Source: an uncultured archaeon
GTDB taxonomy: Archaea; Iainarchaeota; Iainarchaeia; Iainarchaeales; 0-14-0-20-30-16
Assembly (NCBI GenBank): GCA_964595665.1
Contig: CAZQQS010000001.1
Span: 1-32,000 of the forward strand
Direction of reading: 5' to 3'
Length of the DNA stretch: 32,000 nucleotides
Each line of letters opens with the position of its first letter. The stretch's first letter is position 1. The notes below the pieces were generated by a model. The model made no database searches, was not told where the DNA came from, and saw only the letters and a list, made by a program, of their open reading frames with translations. Positions 1 to 7,232 of the stretch are shown piece by piece. A program made the translations under genes and the position numbers.

Positions 1-176
1 ATGAATCACTTTATTTTTTAGGGGATTCCAATTCAGGCATTTATTTTTGGAATTTGGATTATATTATTAAAAGTACAATAGATCCAAATTATAGTAATCC
101 AAGTTCGAGTATACTTGTAAATAATGTTGATTTTAAAGTAGGATCTGGATTTAGAGGTGTAGTTTTGAGAAGTTAA
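1..176 (+). CDS. 3' end of an ORF that starts upstream of the window (unknown product, Asn/Ser/Gly-rich, possibly extracellular)
   Basis: Frame 3 is open from the window edge to TAA at 174-176 (...NYSNPSSSILVNNVDFKVGSGFRGVVLRS*). No family was recognised. Confidence 0.4.
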   Translation, partial: ESLYFLGDSNSGIYFWNLDYIIKSTIDPNYSNPSSSILVNNVDFKVGSGFRGVVLRS

Positions 177-222
177 TATAAACTTTTATATTAGATATAT
201 ATTCAGAGGGATGTGATTAATT

Positions 223-3200
223 TTGGTTGAAGATTTAAATTTGAATTTTGGTGAAAAAGTTGTTGAGAATAAACCTTTTCCAAAGAAGATATTAATTATA
301 TGTATTGCTGCATTTTTAGTAGTATTAACTGGTATTTTGTTATTTGTTTTTGCATTTCCACATAAAACAAATGTAGATTTTGATTTTTATTTAAATAATA
401 ATAAAGTAAATGAAGATTTAACTGTATTATTTAGTTATGATGATAAAAATTTTGAAGTAAAAACAGTTAAAGATAAGTTAACTGTGAGTTTGCCTAAAAA
501 TAAAGACGTTTCTTTAGAAGTTTTAACTATTGGATATCAATATAAAAAGAGTTTTTTTATAGATGGTAGTAAATATGATATAAAAATTAATAAAGCAACA
601 AGCATTGCTGAATTAGAAGGGGAACAGGAAATAGTTCAATTTTATATTTATAAATATCCAAATACTACTCAAATATATAATAAAGATTTAATTTTTAACT
701 TGACTTGTAATACTTCAAAAAAAACGGATATGGTTAAAGTAAATGGCTCTTATTCATATACTAAACCAGATGATTGTGGAAGTTTATCGGTAAAATTAGT
801 ATCTGATGAGTTTAAACCTATAAATCAAACTTGTGGATCATTATGTAAAATTATCTTGTATGATTTTGTTGATGTGTCTTTAAATACTAAAGTTAATGAT
901 TACCGAAATAATATTTTGGTATTTGCGAAACAAAAAGGAAAATCTGCTTTAGAAGATGTAACTGTTTCATTATATAAAGAGAATATTTTTGTAATTGATG
1001 GTTTAACGGATAAAGATGGATTAATTTATTTTACAAATTTATTGGTTGGAGATTATAAAATTGTTGGAAATTATAAAAAAGGATCAAAAAATTATCAAGC
1101 TATTCAAAATGTTAAATTAGAAAATTTAGAAAAAGATTTAAATGTTAATTTAGAATTTAAAATAAGTTCTGGGTCTGGGAGTTCTGGAAGTTCAGGAAGT
1201 TCATCTACTAAAATTTTAGAAGATAATACTCATAAAATATTAATTAAAACATATGACGACTATAATATTCCTTTTAGATATCAAATATATGCTGGTAAAG
1301 ATCTTGTTGCAGAAGATGTTAATATAACTCCTTTTGCAACCGTAGATTTAGAGGATGGTAATTATTATATAACTATAATTCCTGAAATTAATAAAGATTT
1401 TAATAAAAATTACAACCCAGTTTTTTTAGAAGAAATTAATTTGGATTCTGATAAAACTATATCTTTAAGAAAATTAGATTTAAATTCAAATGTATTTTTA
1501 TCTTTACCAACATATTTGGATTCTGATAAAAATACCAAATATAAAACCTTACAATATGGTGTTGATTTAAAAATTTATGACTTTGATAGTAATGTTATAA
1601 TTTATGATTATGTTAATGTAACTGATGAAATTCACAAGTTTATTTTGGATAAATCTAAAAAATATATTATAAAAGCTGAGAAAAATAATTATTATAAAAG
1701 TGATATTTATGAGTTTAAAAATTGTAAGACTAATGATTATGGCGTTTGTATTGATTCTTTAAGTATTTATTTAGAAAATAAATATTTGGAATTGCCAGTA
1801 AAGGTTTATTTTAAAAATATCCTAGTAAAGGATTATAATTTATATTATTCTACAGACAATGAGCTTTGGTTAGAGTATAAAGATGTAAATCTTAACTATA
1901 ATGTGCCCTATTATTTTAAAGTTAATGCTTTTACATCTATTGGTAAACGTATGAAGAAAATACATTATTATTCAGCACCATTAACTTTTAGGAAAAATGA
2001 TTCGATATTGAATATTTTCTTAGATTATGAAAAAGATAATTTTAAATTTTTAAATCCATTAATTAATTTAGGTCAGAGTGTTGAAGGTAATTTCTTTTTA
2101 GATGATAAACTTACTAAAAAAATATCTAATAATCTAAACATATTTAGAAAATATTATTTGCCAATAAATATGTATGCTAATAATACCCAATCTTATTATG
2201 TTGATTTTAATAATGTTGATGTATATTTAGATTCGGAGTCACTTAATACTTCTTCCATATCTAATTTGGAATCTTTAGTTGCGAATAATGATTTAGGGGA
2301 TATAAATGCAAAACAAAAAATACCTGGCTCTCAAAAATATTATGAAGTTATTTATATAAAACAATATATTTATGAAGTTATTCCTCAAGGATCGGATTCG
2401 GGTTTTTTATCTTTGAATAAAAATTTGCGCCCAATAATAGATAATAATTATTATGCGAGAGTTGATTTTAATATTTTAGCACCATTGGAAAATATTTTAG
2501 ATTTGAATTATAATTTAAATAAAGTAGTGAATAAAGATTTTTACTTATTTAATAATGAAATATTGCAAGGTGTTGATCTTTACTCTTCAGTTTTAGAATT
2601 ATATCCAAAATATAGGTCTAAATTTACAAATTATATTTATTTGGATTCTAATGTAAAAGATCAAGATTTTAATATTGATTTATCTTTGTATATTCCTAAA
2701 AAATATTTTAATTGTAAAATCTTATCTGAAAACTATTTTAAAATAAATTTGTTTAATAATAATTTTAAAATAATTGATGATTATTTGAATTTGAAAGTAG
2801 ATTTAAATTTAGATTATTTTAAACATATATCAAAACCTATAGAATACTCAAATAATTTGAGTTTAAATTTAGATTGTGATTATTTTGTTTCAACCCCTAT
2901 GCCAAAACGAAGTGTTAAAGATAATATGTCTTTACAATCAATAGATTTATTTAAAGCAATAAATTTTGTAAATAGTTTTCAAAAATTACCTGCTATAAAT
3001 TTGTTAAATAGAGGCGTGAATTTGGAGAATTTAAGTTCTAGTTCAAAAGGATCTGTGAAAAGAAGTACATCGAGTGTTAGTAATCCAGATTTAAATGTGG
3101 TAATTCCATTAACATTTTATATTGTAGATGACTCTGCATTTTACAATGAATTATTAGGTTGTTTTAATATATCTTTAAATGGTAATAATTATTTGGAATA

Positions 3201-3507
3201 TATGTTATGCTCTTCGGCATTAGATAATTTAATTTTAGAAGATGTTAATGTAAGCGTAAGTAATAATTGTAAGGGTTCTAGATTGTATGTGAATGATAGT
3301 TATATTGATGAAACTTATATTGAGGATTTAAAAGGCGCTTGTAATGCATATACCTGTGCTGTAAAAATAAATTACTTAGGGAAAGATTTTGAATGGAAAT
3401 TTAGAACTTATTCTCAAGATGCTTCTTATATCTCAGTAGATTATATCCCAGTAGATGATAATTTTTTGCCTAGAGATATAGCACTTCCTAAAGCAAATAT
3501 AAACTAA
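223..3507 (+). CDS. Large (1094 aa) membrane-anchored or secreted surface protein of unknown family, with a probable carboxypeptidase-regulatory-like beta-sandwich segment
   Basis: A long uninterrupted ORF. A TTG start at 223 follows a GAGGGA/GTGAT purine patch. The N-terminal hydrophobic helix is ILIICIAAFLVVLTGILLFVFAF. The composition is Asn/Tyr/Asp/Lys-rich. The segment VTVSLYKENIFVIDGLTDKDGLIYFTNLLVGDYKIVG resembles CarboxypepD_reg-like folds. A Ser/Gly linker is present. The start codon is uncertain. Confidence 0.7.
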   Translation: MVEDLNLNFGEKVVENKPFPKKILIICIAAFLVVLTGILLFVFAFPHKTNVDFDFYLNNNKVNEDLTVLFSYDDKNFEVKTVKDKLTVSLPKNKDVSLEVLTIGYQYKKSFFIDGSKYDIKINKATSIAELEGEQEIVQFYIYKYPNTTQIYNKDLIFNLTCNTSKKTDMVKVNGSYSYTKPDDCGSLSVKLVSDEFKPINQTCGSLCKIILYDFVDVSLNTKVNDYRNNILVFAKQKGKSALEDVTVSLYKENIFVIDGLTDKDGLIYFTNLLVGDYKIVGNYKKGSKNYQAIQNVKLENLEKDLNVNLEFKISSGSGSSGSSGSSSTKILEDNTHKILIKTYDDYNIPFRYQIYAGKDLVAEDVNITPFATVDLEDGNYYITIIPEINKDFNKNYNPVFLEEINLDSDKTISLRKLDLNSNVFLSLPTYLDSDKNTKYKTLQYGVDLKIYDFDSNVIIYDYVNVTDEIHKFILDKSKKYIIKAEKNNYYKSDIYEFKNCKTNDYGVCIDSLSIYLENKYLELPVKVYFKNILVKDYNLYYSTDNELWLEYKDVNLNYNVPYYFKVNAFTSIGKRMKKIHYYSAPLTFRKNDSILNIFLDYEKDNFKFLNPLINLGQSVEGNFFLDDKLTKKISNNLNIFRKYYLPINMYANNTQSYYVDFNNVDVYLDSESLNTSSISNLESLVANNDLGDINAKQKIPGSQKYYEVIYIKQYIYEVIPQGSDSGFLSLNKNLRPIIDNNYYARVDFNILAPLENILDLNYNLNKVVNKDFYLFNNEILQGVDLYSSVLELYPKYRSKFTNYIYLDSNVKDQDFNIDLSLYIPKKYFNCKILSENYFKINLFNNNFKIIDDYLNLKVDLNLDYFKHISKPIEYSNNLSLNLDCDYFVSTPMPKRSVKDNMSLQSIDLFKAINFVNSFQKLPAINLLNRGVNLENLSSSSKGSVKRSTSSVSNPDLNVVIPLTFYIVDDSAFYNELLGCFNISLNGNNYLEYMLCSSALDNLILEDVNVSVSNNCKGSRLYVNDSYIDETYIEDLKGACNAYTCAVKINYLGKDFEWKFRTYSQDASYISVDYIPVDDNFLPRDIALPKANIN
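1165..1206 (+). repeat. Ser/Gly-coding short tandem repeat (AGT TCT GGN units) inside the surface-protein gene
   Basis: agttctgggtctgggagttctggaagttcaggaagttcatct encodes SSGSGSSGSSGSSS. It is an imperfect tandem array of 6-9 nt units. Confidence 0.8.
2052..2086 (+). repeat. 35-nt exact direct repeat, copy 1 (partner at 13830-13864)
   Basis: aaatccattaattaatttaggtcagagtgttgaag is identical at both loci. Here it encodes NPLINLGQSVE inside the surface protein. Confidence 0.9.
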
Positions 3508-3518
3508 TATTAATTGAT

Positions 3519-3550
3519 TTAATTGCTTCTGGCAATTAATCTTTTTTTAT
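3519..3550 (+). terminator. Hairpin plus T-run after the surface-protein gene
   Basis: Inverted repeat ttaattgc (3519-3526) / gcaattaa (3532-3539) with a 5-nt loop, followed by tcttttttta tttt. Oligo-T tracts are the usual archaeal termination signal. Confidence 0.4.
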
Positions 3551-3562
3551 TTTAATTACTTC

Positions 3563-3615
3563 TTGGTAAATGAATTTGCCAAGAAGGGGGTTGTTTTGGT
3601 AAATGAATTTGCCAA
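3563..3615. promoter_or_regulatory. Two identical 20-nt imperfect palindromes (operator-like dyads) spaced 33 nt apart, upstream of the AAA+ ATPase gene
   Basis: ttggtaaatgaatttgccaa occurs at 3563-3582 and 3596-3615. Each is self-complementary at 16 of 20 positions (TTGG.AAAT..ATTT.CCAA). The flanks extend the symmetry (cttcttgg...ccaagaag and gttttgg...ccaaaac). Confidence 0.5.
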
Positions 3616-3649
3616 AACGCTTATAAACCCTTTGTTTGTATATATAATT

Positions 3650-4846
3650 ATGGGTTTTATAGAGAATTTGCTGTCTATTAGTAATGAAGCTAAATTGAAG
3701 GCTTCTAAATATATAAAAAAAAGGTTTATTTTTGAGAATGTAAAGAAAATTAATAAATCAAACTTATTTGTAGGTATTGCTGGTTTAAGAGGTGTTGGGA
3801 AAACTATTTTATTATTACAATTAGCATTAGAAAATAAAGATAGTATATATATTAGTTTAGATTTATTAAAAGAAAAATTTGATTTGTATGAATTAGTTAA
3901 AGAGTTAAATCAGAAATATGGTTTAAAATATTTTTATTTGGATGAAATCCATAATTATTTAGCTTGGCAACAAGATTTAAAGAAGATATATGAGTTGTTA
4001 AAAGTAAAATTAGTATTTACATCTTCAATTGCAATAGAAGTTATTGAGAGCAAATATGATTTGAGTAGAAGAGTAAATATTGTTAAAATGTATCCTTTTT
4101 CATTTAAAGAGTTTTTGTATTTCAAAATAAATGAAAATATTGATTTAGATTTTAAAAAAATATTCGATTATGATTCTAATAAGATTTTGATATATCAAGC
4201 TTATTATCAAGAATATATTTCTGGTGGTTCATTGCCTGCAAGTTTTGAATCGGAGTCAGGAATAATAATCCCAAATATTTTAGATAAAATAATTCATAAA
4301 GATTTGGTAGCAATTAAAAAATTAGGTCAAGAAGATATTTTTAATCTCAATCAAATGTTAAAATATATTGCTGGTAATCCTATTGAAATAATAGGATATT
4401 CAAATATTTCTAAAAACCTAGGTATTAGTAAGTATAAAGTACAACAATATTTAGAACACTTAGAAAAAGCATTTGTTATAAATATAATTTTTCCTAACAC
4501 TAGAAATGTTTTAAAAGAGCCAAAGATTTTGTTTTCTTTACCTTTTAGATATTTTTTAGCAAAAGATTCAAATGAAGATTTTGTTGTTGGCGCTTTAAGA
4601 GAAGATTTTTTTGTTTTTCAAAATGTAATAAAATCTAATAAAATATATTATTTAAAAGATAAGAAGGGTAAAAAATTACCAGATTATTTGGTGGTTATAA
4701 ACAATGAAAAATATATTTTTGAAATTGGTGGGAAAAATAAAAGTAATAAGCAAATTGTAGAGGTGTCTAATAAAATAAAATCTTATTTAGTTCAGAATCC
4801 ATTGGGTAGAGATGATGCATTGCCATTAATTGCATTTGGGTTTTAA
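3650..4846 (+). CDS. AAA+ ATPase of the COG1373 type (AAA_14 N-terminal domain plus DUF4143-like C-terminal domain)
   Basis: Walker A is GIAGLRGVGKTILLLQLA and Walker B is YFYLDEIH. The length and C-terminal half are typical of COG1373 proteins. The ORF-track start at 3563 would translate the tandem dyad repeats (VNEFAK twice), so I prefer ATG 3650. The start is uncertain. Confidence 0.7.
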   Translation: MGFIENLLSISNEAKLKASKYIKKRFIFENVKKINKSNLFVGIAGLRGVGKTILLLQLALENKDSIYISLDLLKEKFDLYELVKELNQKYGLKYFYLDEIHNYLAWQQDLKKIYELLKVKLVFTSSIAIEVIESKYDLSRRVNIVKMYPFSFKEFLYFKINENIDLDFKKIFDYDSNKILIYQAYYQEYISGGSLPASFESESGIIIPNILDKIIHKDLVAIKKLGQEDIFNLNQMLKYIAGNPIEIIGYSNISKNLGISKYKVQQYLEHLEKAFVINIIFPNTRNVLKEPKILFSLPFRYFLAKDSNEDFVVGALREDFFVFQNVIKSNKIYYLKDKKGKKLPDYLVVINNEKYIFEIGGKNKSNKQIVEVSNKIKSYLVQNPLGRDDALPLIAFGF

Positions 4847-4884
4847 TTACCGAAATGTATTTATATATATAAGTAATATGTTTT

Positions 4885-5241
4885 ATGATTAGTATGTTTG
4901 ATATTATGCAATTGTTTTTGGGAGAGTTTTTTTCAGATATGGGGTTCATATTGAGAATTTTCTTATTAGTTGCGGTTTTAGGATTCATAAATCAACATAT
5001 TGAGAATAAAATACTAAAAACAGTAGTTGCAATTTTTATGCTTTATATTACGGTATTTATAGACTGGAAAGTTTATGGAATATTGTATTTTGTATATGCA
5101 ATATTGGGAATGGGAGTTTCAAGTATTGTAGTTGATTATTTCTTTATGAGTAATATGAGTGGTGGACACGAAGCTCCACAAGCCCCAGATCCAATGACTC
5201 AAGCTATGGGTGCTATGGGAAAAAGACCTGGAAAGTTTTAG
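4885..5241 (+). CDS. Small polytopic membrane protein (about 3 TM) with a Gly/Ala/Pro/Met-rich C-terminal tail, unknown family
   Basis: Three hydrophobic segments (GFILRIFLLVAVLGFI, VVAIFMLYITVFI, ILYFVYAILGMGVSSIVV). The tail is GGHEAPQAPDPMTQAMGAMGKRPGKF. It is the first gene of a tightly packed same-strand cassette. A TATA-like tttatatatataag lies at about 4860-4873. Confidence 0.55.
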   Translation: MISMFDIMQLFLGEFFSDMGFILRIFLLVAVLGFINQHIENKILKTVVAIFMLYITVFIDWKVYGILYFVYAILGMGVSSIVVDYFFMSNMSGGHEAPQAPDPMTQAMGAMGKRPGKF

Positions 5242-5249
5242 GTGATTAA

Positions 5250-5594
5250 ATGAATGATAAAGGGGTAGTATTATATATTTTAGGAGTTGCTTTCCTAATA
5301 GTTTTTGTTATGCCTTTTTTATTAATGCATTTCTACTCTATGAGTAAGATTTTATTTCAGGTTATTTTGGTATTCTCAATTATAGGATATGTAAGACAAA
5401 TGGGCTTAGATGGCGCTTTAATGTGGATTGTCTCAGGAGTATTAATATATTTTATTGTGTTTAAATATATAACATTATTTACAAGTTTGTATGTATTAAT
5501 GTTATTAATGGGCTTTGGTTTTACATCTGCAATTATGTGGGGAAGTAATACTTTGAAAACAAAAATAATGAGTATGAAAGCAAAACATGCTTAA
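5250..5594 (+). CDS. Small polytopic membrane protein (about 4 TM), unknown family
   Basis: AGGTGAT precedes the ATG (aggtgattaaATG). There are four hydrophobic segments. The gap to the previous gene is 8 nt. Confidence 0.6.
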   Translation: MNDKGVVLYILGVAFLIVFVMPFLLMHFYSMSKILFQVILVFSIIGYVRQMGLDGALMWIVSGVLIYFIVFKYITLFTSLYVLMLLMGFGFTSAIMWGSNTLKTKIMSMKAKHA

Positions 5595-5605
5595 GGGGTA
5601 ATTAA

Positions 5606-5848
5606 ATGAATACAATGCTATTAGAGGTAGTTTTAGGAACAATTTCCGGGGATATTTGGTTTGGATTATTTTTATTTTTGGCTGTAATGGTTTATGCCTG
5701 GTCTAAAAAAGAGTTGGGAGATCCTAAAATAGCTATTATTTTTGTATTAATTTTAGCAGTAATTGTATTGAATCATACAGAGTTTGTGTGGGTTATTATA
5801 GGTGCATATCTGTTTATAACTTATGGAAAGCAGATATTTAAGGTGTAA
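5606..5848 (+). CDS. Small polytopic membrane protein (about 3 TM, 80 aa), unknown family
   Basis: AAGGGGTAAT precedes the ATG. There are three hydrophobic segments. The gap to the previous gene is 11 nt. Confidence 0.55.
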   Translation: MNTMLLEVVLGTISGDIWFGLFLFLAVMVYAWSKKELGDPKIAIIFVLILAVIVLNHTEFVWVIIGAYLFITYGKQIFKV

Positions 5849-5850
5849 AT

Positions 5851-6186
5851 ATGGATTTGTTTACCTTTGCGATATCTTTATTAATCATGTTAGTTAGTTT
5901 TGAGTATAATTATACTTGGTTAGCAGTATTAATAGGAATAGTTTTAATATTTATGGGTAAGCAAAAGAGTATATTTATAATTGTTTTGATCTTATTAATA
6001 ATATTATTCTTTATAAAAGGAACCCCATATGAGAGTTATAATGTATGGGTAGTAGTATTAGCTATAGGGATATATTTATTGTTAAATAGAAAGGAACAAG
6101 GTTCTTCCGATACATATAATCCAGAAGATCAGTATGGTGATCTTTTAAAAGGATTAGGTGGAGGAGCTGGATTAGGTGGAATGTAA
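5851..6186 (+). CDS. Small polytopic membrane protein (about 4 TM) with a Gly-rich acidic C-terminal tail, unknown family
   Basis: AAGGTGTAAAT precedes the ATG. There are four hydrophobic segments. The tail is GSSDTYNPEDQYGDLLKGLGGGAGLGGM. The gap to the previous gene is 2 nt. Confidence 0.6.
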   Translation: MDLFTFAISLLIMLVSFEYNYTWLAVLIGIVLIFMGKQKSIFIIVLILLIILFFIKGTPYESYNVWVVVLAIGIYLLLNRKEQGSSDTYNPEDQYGDLLKGLGGGAGLGGM

Positions 6187-6531
6187 GTGAAATTTGTATT
6201 TTTTATAATTGGATTAGTAGTAATGTTAGGAGCTATGTCAAATCCTAGTTTATTATATGTTGGTTTAGTTATAATGGCTTTATCTTTCTTATTTTCAACT
6301 AGTAATGAAAAATCTATTACTAAAATTGAAGATAGAGTATCAATTATAGATAAATTAGATAAAGTAAACTTTAATGTTTCTGATAACGCTATATCTAATT
6401 TGGTTGAAGATGCTATGGCAGTTACTGCAAAAATAACTAAAGGCGCTAAACCAGATATCAGTGCTAAAAATGTTGCTGTAGGAACAATAAAAATGGTAGA
6501 TAATGTAGGTTCTGTTTTTAAAAGTAAATAG
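6187..6531 (+). CDS. Membrane protein with 2 N-terminal TM segments and a roughly 70-aa soluble C-terminal domain, unknown family
   Basis: The GTG start directly abuts the upstream TAA, and GGTGGA lies 7 nt upstream. The TM segments are FVFFIIGLVVMLGAM and LLYVGLVIMALSFLF, followed by a hydrophilic domain. The start is uncertain; ATG 6223 is the alternative. Confidence 0.5.
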   Translation: MKFVFFIIGLVVMLGAMSNPSLLYVGLVIMALSFLFSTSNEKSITKIEDRVSIIDKLDKVNFNVSDNAISNLVEDAMAVTAKITKGAKPDISAKNVAVGTIKMVDNVGSVFKSK

Positions 6532-6549
6532 TTTTTAGATTTTAAGTTT

Positions 6550-7230
6550 TTATTTTGGTTTTTTTATTTTTGGCATAATCCTTCTAACTGGCTTAGGTCT
6601 TATAGTTTGTTTTAAAGATTTTCTTATATGAACATATCTTTCAAATAAATCATTTATTACTCTTTGAGGTAAATCTCTTTGTTTAGCTAATTCTAATTGT
6701 TTATTTAATTCTGAAAGTTCATATAATAATACAAGTTCTCTTGCTTTTCTAGGATTTATGTTTTTTTGCCTAATAAGTTCTTTTAACAGTTTATCAGTAG
6801 CTATTTCTGTATGGCTTCCAGTAGAAGTTAACTCTTCCAATGCTTTGATTTGCTCAGAAGTTAATTGTCTTCCAACATTATTATTTATTGAATTATTTAT
6901 AGTTTCAAAAAATGTTTGAAAATCAGATATTGGTTTTCTAAGAAAAGTCAATCCAGGAATATCAATTTTAGGATTATCTTGCCCAGATACAACTAATATT
7001 GGAGTTTTTCTTGCCAAAGATCATTCTAAAAAGTGTTTAATTAATTTAGGATTATATCCTTTAAAATTAGCATCACTTAAAACTAAATCAAAACTTTATC
7101 TTTCAAATATCTCTAATGCATCTTTTGGATTATCACATAAAACGATTTCATGATGGGTATAATTAGCAAACAAATCTTCATAAAATTGTAATAATGATTT
7201 ATTATCATCAACTATTAATATTTTTGCCAT
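6550..7230 (-). pseudogene. Response regulator (CheY-like receiver plus C-terminal helical domain of unknown type) interrupted by two in-frame stop codons
   Basis: Minus-strand translation from ATG 7230 gives MAKILIVDDNKSLLQFYEDLFANYTHHEIVLCDNPKDALEIFER*SFDLVLSDANFKGYNPKLIKHFLE*SLARKTPILVVSGQDNPKIDIPGLTFLRKPIS... . All of it is in one frame. TAA is at 7098-7096 and TGA at 7023-7021. The ORF-track ORF 6550-7017 is the portion after the second stop. Confidence 0.75.
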
Positions 7231-7232
7231 TT

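Noticed and set aside
4885-6186. Small multidrug resistance (SMR/EmrE-like) transporters, because two of the proteins are about 110 aa with 4 TM segments
   Set aside because: The conserved membrane-embedded Glu of TM1 and the other SMR signature residues are not evident. Lengths and TM counts differ among the five proteins, and two of them carry long hydrophilic tails that are atypical for SMR.
6550-7230. Stop-codon reassignment (an alternative genetic code) as the explanation for the in-frame TAA and TGA in the response regulator
   Set aside because: TAA, TGA and TAG all act as normal terminators of the well-conserved ribosomal-protein genes in this same window, at the lengths expected for those proteins. 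No other conserved gene here needs readthrough.
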